A DNA stretch of 62,879 bases, counting the filler. It is 6 parts of 6 records of this genome, joined end to end, with 100 filler letters (N's around TTAATTAATTAA, not from the genome) between each part and the next. Parts side by side here need not be neighbours in the genome. Positions count along the whole stretch, not along the records: positions 31,586 to 45,907 come from SRR2962707_1882; 5 more parts are not named here. One strand, 5' to 3'. Shown piece by piece: positions 33,914 through 42,589 of the stretch; position 1 is the first letter of the stretch; each line of letters starts with the position of its first letter. The notes beneath the pieces are model-generated. The model made no database searches, was not told the origin of the DNA, and worked only from the letters and a program-made list of their open reading frames with translations. The translations under genes and the position numbers were made by a program.

Positions 33914-34294
33914 ATGATGCTCAGGAGACTTTCTCTTTTTGCCAGCGGCTCCGTCATCGGCGCGGTCATCGATTATGTCATGACACTTGGTTTGAGCCAG
34001 GGGATGAACCTCGACCCGGCAATCGCGCTGGCTCTGGCGATGATCATCAGCGCCTCTGTGGTGTTTCGCTTCCACAGCCGCATCACCTTCCATGAAGCCA
34101 ATGACGACCTGCTTCGGCGATATATCCTGTTCATGGGCTGGAGCGCCCTGATCTTTGGTCTGCGTGCCCTGCTTCTCAAAGCGTTTCTTTACGCCGGCCT
34201 GCCGCTGGCGGCAGCACTTCTTGTCGCGATCGGGCTTGTCGCAATCATCAACTATGCAATGTCGTCAGCAGTCATTTTTGCAAAGAAATCATGA
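33914..34294 (+). CDS. GtrA-family membrane protein
   Basis: 126 aa, four TM segments, FASGSVIGAVIDY, FRFHSRITF, INYAMSSAVIF. Confidence 0.7.
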   Translation: MMLRRLSLFASGSVIGAVIDYVMTLGLSQGMNLDPAIALALAMIISASVVFRFHSRITFHEANDDLLRRYILFMGWSALIFGLRALLLKAFLYAGLPLAAALLVAIGLVAIINYAMSSAVIFAKKS

Positions 34295-34392
34295 TGACCA
34301 GTCGCAAAGTCTCCTTCAACGGACATGCAATGGATTTGCAAACAATCCGTTGATCCGTTTTCCAAATCGCTACCCTTCAGGGGATCGCGCCA

Positions 34393-34842
34393 CTAGTCCG
34401 GCGGGATGACGCCCTTGCGCAGCATGAAGCACCCGTAAAACCGCCGTTCCCCGGTCTGGATCACCGCATAGGCCTGTTTGGCCATGTCATAAAATGCGAA
34501 GCGTTCAATGCCGACCATCTCTCTCGGCTTGCCTTCCGCTGCATCGATCACCGACTGCACTTCCGCCTGCACCGGCGCAATCTCCTCCGGATTGCCGACA
34601 ATTTCCATGCGGCCGGCGAAGTCATCAACGAAGGTGTCGAGCGGCAGCACAGACAGAACCGCTTCGGCTGCTTCGGCGGCCGTCAGGTTGTCCATCCGCA
34701 ACAGCTCGCCGAACACGGTTTGCCGGGCGATGGTGTCTGATGGAAAATTGGTGTCTGCGATGATCAGCGTATCGCCGTGCCCCATGGCGCGAAGCGCGTA
34801 AAGCACTTCGGCATTCAGCCGTGGATCCAGTCCCTTGAGCAT
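34393..34842 (-). CDS. RbsD/FucU-family sugar mutarotase
   Basis: LRAMGHGDTLIIADTNFP, ERFAFYDMAK, TGERRFYGC. Confidence 0.92.
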   Translation of the reverse strand: MLKGLDPRLNAEVLYALRAMGHGDTLIIADTNFPSDTIARQTVFGELLRMDNLTAAEAAEAVLSVLPLDTFVDDFAGRMEIVGNPEEIAPVQAEVQSVIDAAEGKPREMVGIERFAFYDMAKQAYAVIQTGERRFYGCFMLRKGVIPPD

Positions 34843-35038
34843 TCAATTTTCCTCCTGATGCCTTTGCTTGCCCATTGCCGGGCCGCGTCCGGCTGATCCT
34901 GCAACCGGTGGCACCGGCATTCAAGCCTTATTCTCGACGGCTTGGATATGCCCGCTGCAAAAGCGGGAAAGTTGGCGCGCGAAGGGATGCGACGGCGAAA
35001 AAGATAGGCTAGGTTGCCGACCGGATATGGAGGGCGAC

Positions 35039-36073
35039 ATGCAGTTGAAGACACGGCACTGGGACAGGATTGGCAATGGCGGGCTGACATTTACAGAGCT
35101 CGGCTTCGGCACGGCGCCTTTGGGCAACCTTTATCGCGCCATCTCGGATGACGAGGCCCATGCGGTTCTTACCCGTGCCTGGGATCTTGGTGTCCGCTAT
35201 TTCGACACTGCTCCGCTCTACGGGCTTGGACTTGCCGAAACCCGGCTCAACCGGTTTCTGCGCGGCAAGCCGCGCGGCGACTACGTGCTCTCGACCAAGA
35301 TCGGTCGGTTGCTGCGGCGCTGCAAGCCCGGCGAGGAGCGCACCGGCGAGGGCAAGTTCTTCGATGTGCCCGCGCGAGTCGAGGTTTACGACTACAGCTA
35401 TGATGGCGTCATGCGCTCTCTGGAATTTTCGCTTGAACGGCTCGGCGTCGACAGCATCGACATCCTCTATGCTCACGATCTTGATGTCTTCACCCACGGC
35501 AGCAAGGCCGCGCGGGATGCAAAGCTCGATGAGTTGATGACCGGCGGTTACAAGGCGCTCGTATCGCTGCGCGATCAGGGCATGATCAAGGCATTCGGCG
35601 CTGGCGTCAACGAATGGCAGGCCTGCCAGTGGCTCACCGAGCGCGGCGATTTCGATCTGTTCCTGCTGGCCGGGCGCTACACGTTGCTGGAGCAGGAGGC
35701 GCTCGAAACATTCCTGCCGCTGGCTCAGCAGCGCGGCATCGGCATCATCATCGGCGGACCTTACAATTCCGGCATTCTGGCCACCGGACCGAAGCCCGGC
35801 GCGTTTTACAATTATGACCCGGCGCCGCAGCACATTCTCGACCAGGTGGGCCGCATCGAAGCTGTCTGCAAGAACCATACTGTGCGTATGGTCGATGCTG
35901 CCTTTCAGTTTCCGCTGCGCCATCCGGCGATTGTCTCGGTGATTCCGGGCGGGCAGGGGGTGGCTGAAATGGAAGCCAATGGCGTTGCCGCCACGGCGGA
36001 AATACCGGCTGCGCTCTGGGCTGACTTGAAAGCCGAAGGCTTGATGCGCCAGGATGCACCGGTGCAGGCATGA
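35039..36073 (+). CDS. Aldo/keto reductase, L-fucose/D-threo-aldose dehydrogenase-like
   Basis: GFGTAPLGNL, YFDTAPLYGLGLAE, STKIGRLL, LLAGRYTLLEQ; ATG 35039 follows GGAGGG. Confidence 0.85.
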   Translation: MQLKTRHWDRIGNGGLTFTELGFGTAPLGNLYRAISDDEAHAVLTRAWDLGVRYFDTAPLYGLGLAETRLNRFLRGKPRGDYVLSTKIGRLLRRCKPGEERTGEGKFFDVPARVEVYDYSYDGVMRSLEFSLERLGVDSIDILYAHDLDVFTHGSKAARDAKLDELMTGGYKALVSLRDQGMIKAFGAGVNEWQACQWLTERGDFDLFLLAGRYTLLEQEALETFLPLAQQRGIGIIIGGPYNSGILATGPKPGAFYNYDPAPQHILDQVGRIEAVCKNHTVRMVDAAFQFPLRHPAIVSVIPGGQGVAEMEANGVAATAEIPAALWADLKAEGLMRQDAPVQA

Positions 36074-36104
36074 CGGTTTGCCATACACACCTCGCGTATG
36101 GAGC

Positions 36105-36839
36105 CTATGAGTTGGTGAACAATTCCGGGTGCTCGATGAGCAACGGCTCGAGCGACAGGATCAGCTGCCTAAGGTGATGCCGGGTGGCGTCGCGTGCGGC
36201 TCGCGGGTCACGCCCTTCAAGTGCTGAAATGATCGCCTTGTGCTCGGCAAACGCTGTCTGCATCCGCCCGGGCATCGGCAGATTGAGCTGTCGCGCTCGG
36301 TTGACGTGGATCCATGAGGTTTCAGCGAGTGCTGCTAGCCTGCGGTAGCCGGTAAACGACAGGATCAGCTCGTGCATCTGGGCGTCCATCTGGTGGAAGC
36401 CTGCCGTGTCGCCATCTTCCATCAGCGCTTGCTGAATGCGTAGATTGCGCTTGAGCAGCAGCAATTGCTCATCAGTGATCGTCGCAGCCACCGATTCCAC
36501 CGCAGCCAGTTCCAGCGCCTCGCGCAAAAAGGCACCCTCGCGAATTTCCGCCATCGAGAACCGGGTGACATAGGTGCCCGCCTGCGGCACGATCTCGACC
36601 AGCCCTTCGCCCGCCAGCCGTGTCATCGCTTCGCTGACAGGTGACCGCGAGACGCCGAGTTGTGTGCAGATCTCGGGTTTCTGCATCAGCTCGCCCGGAC
36701 TGTACACCAGCGACAGGATCGCCTGCTTCAGTGACGCATAGACTTTCTGGGAGAGCGATCCGCTGAAATCATCAAGCGGCTGAAGCGGGGCCCGTGACTT
36801 TTTGGCGTCTGGCAGTGGACTATCCTCAATGACTGGCAT
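36105..36839 (-). CDS. GntR/FCD-family regulator
   Basis: LGVSRSPVSEAM, PQAGTYV, FLREALE, EHKAIISAL. Confidence 0.92.
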   Translation of the reverse strand: MPVIEDSPLPDAKKSRAPLQPLDDFSGSLSQKVYASLKQAILSLVYSPGELMQKPEICTQLGVSRSPVSEAMTRLAGEGLVEIVPQAGTYVTRFSMAEIREGAFLREALELAAVESVAATITDEQLLLLKRNLRIQQALMEDGDTAGFHQMDAQMHELILSFTGYRRLAALAETSWIHVNRARQLNLPMPGRMQTAFAEHKAIISALEGRDPRAARDATRHHLRQLILSLEPLLIEHPELFTNS

Positions 36840-36852
36840 ACTAACATGTTAG
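36831..36852. promoter_or_regulatory. Putative GntR operator
   Basis: GACTGGCATA followed by the perfect palindrome CTAACATGTTAG (36841-36852), between divergent gntR and uxaA. Confidence 0.5.
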
Positions 36853-36918
36853 GCAAAGCTCTCCGCCTGTCAAGCCACAGCCCGGTCTTCCACCCATACC
36901 TGTCCCAGGACCCAGCCA

Positions 36919-38445
36919 ATGACAAAAGATCTTCCCCAGACAATCCGCCTCAACGAGAGCGACAATGTCATCATTGCGCTCAAGGACCTGGCCAGCGGCA
37001 CCGTTGTTCCGGGCCTGGATGTCTCGCTCGCAGACGCGGTGGCGCGGGGGCACAAGATCGCAACACGGCCGATTGCCGAGGGTGAGAAAGTCATTCGCTA
37101 TGGCCAGACCATTGGCATCGCGACCAGCGCCATTGCCCCCGGAGAACATGTTCATGTCCACAATCTCGGCATGGGCGGCCATGCCGAGGCGCAGGAGTTT
37201 TCGACCGAAGTCCGGCCGCTTGCCGCGCCCACTGAAAAGCGCCATTTCATGGGCTACCACCGCGCCGATGGCAGCGTCGGAACCCGCAACTATCTCGGTA
37301 TTCTGACATCGGTGAACTGCTCCGGCTCGGTGGCCCGTTTCATCGCCGAAGCATCCGAAAAGCAGGGCTGGCTTGATCAGTTCGAAAACGTCGATGGTAT
37401 CGTGCCGATTGTCCACGGTACCGGCTGCGGCATGTCGGGCAATGACGAGGGCTACGATACGCTGTTCCGCACTTTGCAGGGCTATGCCCGCAACCCCAAT
37501 TTCGGCGGCATCCTGTTGTTGGGGCTGGGCTGCGAGGTCATGCAGGTGCCCGATCTGGTCGGACGCGGGCGGATGCGCGCCGATGGCAATATTCGCTACA
37601 TGACCATCCAGCAATCGGGTGGCACCCGCAGGACGATTGAGCGCGGCATCGAGCAGCTCAAGGAAATGGCCGAGGCCGCCAACAAGATCACCCGCGCGCC
37701 CGCAGGGCTCGAGCATCTGATGATCGGCATGCAATGCGGCGGCTCCGACGGCTATTCGGGCATCACCGCCAATCCGGCGCTGGGTGCGGCGTCGGATCTG
37801 CTGGTTGCCCATGGCGGCACCACCATCCTGTCGGAAACCTCGGAAATCTACGGCGCCGAACATCTGTTGACCCGCCGCGCGGTGACGCCCGAAGTCGGCG
37901 CCAAGATTGTCGAACGCATCCACTGGTGGGAAGATTACGCCGAGCGCAATGGTGGCGAGATGGACAACAATCCATCGCCCGGCAACAAGAAGGGTGGCCT
38001 CACCACCATCCTCGAGAAATCACTCGGTGCTGTGGCCAAGGGCGGCACCGCGCCGCTGACGCAGGTCTACAAGTTTGCCGAACAGGTGACCGAGCGCGGC
38101 TTCGTGTTCATGGACAGCCCCGGTTACGACCCCTGTTCGGTGACCGGGCAGATTGCCTCCGGCGCCAATCTGATCGCCTTCACCACCGGCCGCGGCTCGG
38201 TGTCGGGCTACAAGCCGACGCCCTGCATCAAGCTCGCCACCAATTCGGAGATGTATGGCCGGATGTCCGAGGACATGGACATCAACTGCGGCGACATCAT
38301 CACCGAAGCCGTCAGCCTCGAAGCCAAGGGCCGAGAGATTTTCGAATTGTTCCTGCGCGTCGCTTCCGGTGAGGAAACCAAAAGCGAGCAACTGGGCTTC
38401 GGCGGCGCCGAATTCGTGCCCTGGCAGATGGGCGCGGTGATGTGA
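36919..38445 (+). CDS. uxaA: UxaA-family (altronate/galactarate) dehydratase
   Basis: SAF domain GHKIA...YGQTIG...HVHVHN, GTRNY, QCGGSDGYSGITANP, NPSPGNKKGGLTTILEKSLG. Confidence 0.88.
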   Translation: MTKDLPQTIRLNESDNVIIALKDLASGTVVPGLDVSLADAVARGHKIATRPIAEGEKVIRYGQTIGIATSAIAPGEHVHVHNLGMGGHAEAQEFSTEVRPLAAPTEKRHFMGYHRADGSVGTRNYLGILTSVNCSGSVARFIAEASEKQGWLDQFENVDGIVPIVHGTGCGMSGNDEGYDTLFRTLQGYARNPNFGGILLLGLGCEVMQVPDLVGRGRMRADGNIRYMTIQQSGGTRRTIERGIEQLKEMAEAANKITRAPAGLEHLMIGMQCGGSDGYSGITANPALGAASDLLVAHGGTTILSETSEIYGAEHLLTRRAVTPEVGAKIVERIHWWEDYAERNGGEMDNNPSPGNKKGGLTTILEKSLGAVAKGGTAPLTQVYKFAEQVTERGFVFMDSPGYDPCSVTGQIASGANLIAFTTGRGSVSGYKPTPCIKLATNSEMYGRMSEDMDINCGDIITEAVSLEAKGREIFELFLRVASGEETKSEQLGFGGAEFVPWQMGAVM

Positions 38446-38487
38446 TCAGCGGACCATCTTAATCGGCTGCTACTCCAGCACAGACGA

Positions 38488-38513
38488 AAACGGCGCCTCG
38501 AAAGGCGCCGTTT
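38488..38513. terminator. Bidirectional terminator
   Basis: AAACGGCGCCT-cgaa-AGGCGCCGTTT between convergent uxaA and GMC genes. Confidence 0.8.
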
Positions 38514-38537
38514 GTCATGTTTGCAGTTCGACAAACG

Positions 38538-40109
38538 CTAGATGTTTCCAGCACTCATTTCCCGGGCGATATGGTCCGCCTGGCGAATAGCCAGTGCGAC
38601 GATTGTCAGGGTCGGGTTTTCCGCAGCACTGGTGGTGAACTGGCTGCCGTCAGACACGAACAGATTGGCGATGTCGTGGCTTTGCCCGTGCTTGTTGACC
38701 ACACCGTCCCGCGCCTTCTCCGACATCCGGTTGGTCCCCAGATTGTGGGTGGACGGATAGGGCGGAGTCGGGAATGAGCGCGTCGCCCCGACGGCATCGT
38801 AAATGGCCATACCCTGAGCATAGGCATGATTGCGCATGGCGATGTCGTTTGGATGGTCATCGAAATGCACGTCCGGTGCCGGCAGACCATGCGCGTCCTT
38901 GACTGCATGGTTGAGGGTAACGCGATTGGTTTCCTGTGGCATGTCTTCGCCCACAATCCACATGCCTGCCATGTTCTCATAGCTGTCGAGTGCGGTCGCA
39001 AACTCCCGGCCCCAGCCGCCTGGGTCGAGGAAGGCTGCCATGAACGGCAGGCCCAGTGACAGGGTCTCAAGCTCATATCCGCCGGCGAAACCACGCGACG
39101 GATCATGCCCCGCCTCATCCTGGATGATGCCGGCCATGGTCGTGCCGCGCCACATTTTCACCGGCTTGTCGAACACGGCATAGACCGAACCGGTCGTGTG
39201 TCGCATGTAGTTGCGCCCGACCTGGCCGGAGCTGTTCGCCAATCCGTCCGGGAACATGGCGGAGGCGGAGTTGAGCAACAGCCGCGGGCTTTCGATCGAG
39301 TTGCCGGCAACACAGACAATCCGTGCCTTCTGCAGGTGCTGGTCGCCATTCTCATCGGCATACACGACGCCAGTGACTTTTCCGCTGTCGTCATGCTCGA
39401 TCTTTATGGCATGGCATTTGGAACGGACCTCGAGATTGCCGGTGGCCTCGCCGCGCGGAATGTCAGTGTAGGCGGCTGACCATTTGGCGCCCCATTTGCA
39501 GCCCTGGAAGCAAAATCCGGTTTGCTGGCAGGCCATGCGGCCATCATATTCAGCGCTGTTGATGGCCATCCGTCCTGTATGGACTTCATTGTACCCCAGC
39601 GCCTTGGCCCCGGCTTCAAAGACCTTGTAGTTGTTGTTTCCCGGCAATCCTGCCCGGTCACCGGTGCGGGTGACGCCCAGTTTGGCTTCGGCCTTTTCGT
39701 ACCACGGCGCCATTTCGGCAAGATCTATTGGCCAGTCGAGCAGGTTCGCCCCCTGGACATCGCCGTAGGTGGTGTGTGCCTTGAATTCATGTTCCTGAAA
39801 ACGCAATGACGCGCCGGCCCAATGGATCGAGGTGCCGCCAACGGCTTTCACGATCCAGGTCGGAAGGCCGGGAAAGTCCCGCGCCACGCGCCAGTCACCG
39901 GACGTGGTGCGGGCGTCGGTCCAGGCAAGCTGGCCGAAACTGTCCCATTCGTCGTTGATATAGTCGTCCGGCAGATACCGTGCGCCCGCTTCAAGGGCTA
40001 CGACGCTGACGCCTTTCTGGGCCAGTTCGTTTGCCAGAACACCGCCGCCCGAGCCGGTTCCGATGATAACGACAACACTGTCGTCGGTGAGGTCAAAAGG
40101 TGCAGTCAT
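38538..40109 (-). CDS. GMC-family FAD oxidoreductase (flavo-subunit)
   Basis: IGTGSGGG, VGGTSIHWAG, CQQTGFCFQGC (CX5CX3C), HNLGTNRM, ENPTLT. Confidence 0.92.
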   Translation of the reverse strand: MTAPFDLTDDSVVVIIGTGSGGGVLANELAQKGVSVVALEAGARYLPDDYINDEWDSFGQLAWTDARTTSGDWRVARDFPGLPTWIVKAVGGTSIHWAGASLRFQEHEFKAHTTYGDVQGANLLDWPIDLAEMAPWYEKAEAKLGVTRTGDRAGLPGNNNYKVFEAGAKALGYNEVHTGRMAINSAEYDGRMACQQTGFCFQGCKWGAKWSAAYTDIPRGEATGNLEVRSKCHAIKIEHDDSGKVTGVVYADENGDQHLQKARIVCVAGNSIESPRLLLNSASAMFPDGLANSSGQVGRNYMRHTTGSVYAVFDKPVKMWRGTTMAGIIQDEAGHDPSRGFAGGYELETLSLGLPFMAAFLDPGGWGREFATALDSYENMAGMWIVGEDMPQETNRVTLNHAVKDAHGLPAPDVHFDDHPNDIAMRNHAYAQGMAIYDAVGATRSFPTPPYPSTHNLGTNRMSEKARDGVVNKHGQSHDIANLFVSDGSQFTTSAAENPTLTIVALAIRQADHIAREMSAGNI

Positions 40110-40124
40110 GATGTGGTCCTCCCC

Positions 40125-40649
40125 TCAGAGCCAATTGATGTCGTCAAAGCCACGGTCGATGTATCCGCCCTGGCTGTAGCTCTCGCCCTCATAGCCAAAC
40201 AGTGGCCAGACGGCTTTCTGGTTGTACAGGCCCGTGACAAGGCCGCCGCGGATGCGCTGGAAGAAGTCGCTATCTTCTATCCCGCGCAGGATATCGACAC
40301 GGTCGCGTTCCCAGCCGGTATCGAGATAGGAGGCATTGCCCTTGCCGCGAGCCGCAGCATCTAGAGCCGCGATGCCGGCTTCAATCTCCGGCGCAGCGTC
40401 AGCCGTATCGTAGCCCTTGACCGCGATGGCATAGAATTCGTCGGCGACATGGTCATGCGGATAGATGTCGCGCGCCATCTGGATCAGCGTCGCCATAGAG
40501 GCTGGCTTGAGTGCGGTGGTCTCCATCGCCCAAGCCGCATCCTGCCCGGCGATAAAGCCCGGTCCGATGATGAATGCGGTGCCAGCCGCTATGGATCGCG
40601 AAAGCAATTGGCGGCGGGTCATGCCTTGCCGCTCGGCTTGGATTGTCAT
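40125..40649 (-). CDS. Tat-exported small subunit (gluconate 2-dehydrogenase subunit 3-like)
   Basis: TRRQLL twin-arginine motif, AWA cleavage site, C-terminal VWPLFGYEG. Confidence 0.85.
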   Translation of the reverse strand: MTIQAERQGMTRRQLLSRSIAAGTAFIIGPGFIAGQDAAWAMETTALKPASMATLIQMARDIYPHDHVADEFYAIAVKGYDTADAAPEIEAGIAALDAAARGKGNASYLDTGWERDRVDILRGIEDSDFFQRIRGGLVTGLYNQKAVWPLFGYEGESYSQGGYIDRGFDDINWL

Positions 40650-40723
40650 GGTAGTCCTCCCTTGGTTGTGTCTGTCCTGCCGTGCTTGCCGGAACCTCCT
40701 CCCGGCTGGCTTGCTGTCTCTGG

Positions 40724-41119
40724 CTAGAGATAGCGTCCGGCGCGTTTAAGCACTTCGATCTGGTATCCGTCTGGGTCTGCGATGAAGAAGAAACGGGCAA
40801 TCACGTCGCCGTCAGGGGCGAAGTCGACAAGTTTGCGAGGAGCCAGGCCAAGTTCGGTCAGCCGTGCATGCTCGCTGTCGACATCAGGGACTGAAAACGC
40901 CAGATGGCCGTAGCCGTCGCCCAGATCATAGGGCTCTGTCCTGCCCTTGTTGACAGTCAATTCGAGCTCGAACCCGGTTTCGGAATTGCTCAGATAGACG
41001 AGGGTGAAGCCCTCGAAGTCGAGCCGGTCGGCAACTTCCAGACCGAATGCGGTTTTGTAGAATTCAACAGAGCGTGCTTCTTCGAGCACACGGATCATGC
41101 TGTGAATGGCCTTGGCCAT
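40724..41119 (-). CDS. VOC-family protein, glyoxalase I-like
   Basis: HSMIRV, ELELTVN, YDLGDGYGHLAF, FFIADPDGYQIEV. Confidence 0.9.
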   Translation of the reverse strand: MAKAIHSMIRVLEEARSVEFYKTAFGLEVADRLDFEGFTLVYLSNSETGFELELTVNKGRTEPYDLGDGYGHLAFSVPDVDSEHARLTELGLAPRKLVDFAPDGDVIARFFFIADPDGYQIEVLKRAGRYL

Positions 41120-41179
41120 GGTCGCTCCCGTATGGTTTCAAACTTGGTGGCAAGTCTGGAACCGATCGCGGCAACCCGG

Positions 41180-41197
41180 GTAGTAGTTGTATACTAC
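41180..41197. promoter_or_regulatory. Palindrome GTAGTA-N6-TACTAC upstream of the VOC-Tat-GMC operon
   Basis: GTAGTAgttgtaTACTAC, 61-78 bp upstream of the VOC start. Confidence 0.55.
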
Positions 41198-41207
41198 GGC
41201 TGTTTTT

Positions 41208-41501
41208 TCATTCGGCGGCCATCAGGTGGTCGCCGCTCATGCCGTTGTTCTCGAGGTAAACCAGACAACAGCAGCGCAGCAGTGACGCGAAATTTTTCGG
41301 TTCGCCATGCAATTCCAGCACCTCGGAATGCAGCTTTGACATGAACACCGGGGTTGTCATGCCTTGGGATTCCGCGAGTTCGTCCATGATGCCCCAGAAG
41401 GTTCGTTCAAGACGGATTGACGTGCTTTGGCCATTTAATCGGAGCCGGCGGGTGACCTGTTCGTAACGGGTCGGGTCCTGGCCTGCGAACATCTTGCACA
41501 T
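41208..41501 (-). CDS. Ribbon-helix-helix (RHH_4-type) DNA-binding protein
   Basis: ATG 41501 follows GGAGGAGGAG; RRLRLNGQSTSIRLERTFWGIMDELA...NFASLLRCCCL; 97 aa. Confidence 0.82.
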   Translation of the reverse strand: MCKMFAGQDPTRYEQVTRRLRLNGQSTSIRLERTFWGIMDELAESQGMTTPVFMSKLHSEVLELHGEPKNFASLLRCCCLVYLENNGMSGDHLMAAE

Positions 41502-41660
41502 GATTTGCTCCTCCTCCGTGGCGCGGTCACTGAAACATTGCCCGCACCGAATGTTAACTGTGCAGCAATTGGTGCGCATTTGCCAAGTGCCGTTGGCTGA
41601 AAGTGATGACCTCGACACCAATCAGTCGATTGACTCTTGCTTCGAGTCCGGTGTTAATTA

Positions 41661-41675
41661 GAACATAACAAGAAC
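41661..41675 (+). promoter_or_regulatory. Alphaproteobacterial LexA (SOS) box
   Basis: GAAC-ataacaa-GAAC (GAAC-N7-GAAC), 14 bp before the imuA start. Confidence 0.85.
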
Positions 41676-41689
41676 GCAATGGATCAAGC

Positions 41690-42589
41690 ATGAGTCTCTC
41701 GAGGCTGCAGACCGCAACCGACATTCTGAAGGAGCGCACCCGCGCGTATGAGGCCCAGGCGTATCAGGCGCACCGGGGGATGGCGCTTGGTGACGGCAAC
41801 GAGGCTCCGCCATTGTCGCTTGGGGCCAGCGCGGTCGACCACTGTCTCGAAGGCGGGCTTGCCTGCGGCGGATTGCACGAGGTGCGCAGTCCGTTGGCGC
41901 GCGACATCGGGGCGGCGACAGGCTTCGCGCTGGGGCTCGCGGCCCGGGCCATGCAGGCAGAGCGTGGGCTGCGCGGTGGAATTATCTGGGTTACCGATCC
42001 GGCCACGCGCGTCGATGGCGGCGGGCTGTTTCCGGCCGGTCTCGCCCAGTACGGGCTTGATCCGTCGTCCATGACGATGGTCGAACCGGGAGATCTGAAA
42101 GGCGCCATGTGGGCGGCTGACGAGGCGTCGGGCTGCAACGGGCTGGCGGCGCTGATCTTTCAGATCAAGGGCAACCCGGGGCGCTTTGACATCACAGCGA
42201 CCCGGCGGCTGATGGTGCGGGCGCGCGACAGTGGGGTGTTGGCGCTGATCCTGCGGCAGAGCGGCGAGGAGGAGGCGAGCGCGGTAGCAACGCGCTGGCG
42301 GGTGAACACTGAAATGTCCGGGGCGGATGACATGCTTGAACGGGGCGTGGGGGCAATGCGGCTGTCCCTGACGCTTGAACGCAACCGCGCCGGACGCACC
42401 GGCCAATGGCTTTTAGCCTGGAACCCCAAAGACAGAAGTTTTGATCATGCCGCTCCAAACCCACACGCCCGCACCAACTCGCCAACGCATTCTCTCGATC
42501 GCCTTCCCGTATCTGCCAACCGACAGGATCCATCGGGCCAGATGGGGCAAGTCCTGGATCGCCGACAGGATTTTGGACGCACATCCTGA
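41690..42589 (+). CDS. imuA: ImuA, RecA-like mutasome accessory protein
   Basis: LEGGLACGGLHEV, WAADEA, ATRRL, ATRWRV; first gene of the cassette, LexA box upstream. Confidence 0.88.
   Translation: MSLSRLQTATDILKERTRAYEAQAYQAHRGMALGDGNEAPPLSLGASAVDHCLEGGLACGGLHEVRSPLARDIGAATGFALGLAARAMQAERGLRGGIIWVTDPATRVDGGGLFPAGLAQYGLDPSSMTMVEPGDLKGAMWAADEASGCNGLAALIFQIKGNPGRFDITATRRLMVRARDSGVLALILRQSGEEEASAVATRWRVNTEMSGADDMLERGVGAMRLSLTLERNRAGRTGQWLLAWNPKDRSFDHAAPNPHARTNSPTHSLDRLPVSANRQDPSGQMGQVLDRRQDFGRTS

Noticed and set aside
41555-41595. Sigma54 promoter upstream of the RHH gene
   Set aside because: TGGCA and TTGC elements are present but not at the required GG-N10-GC spacing.
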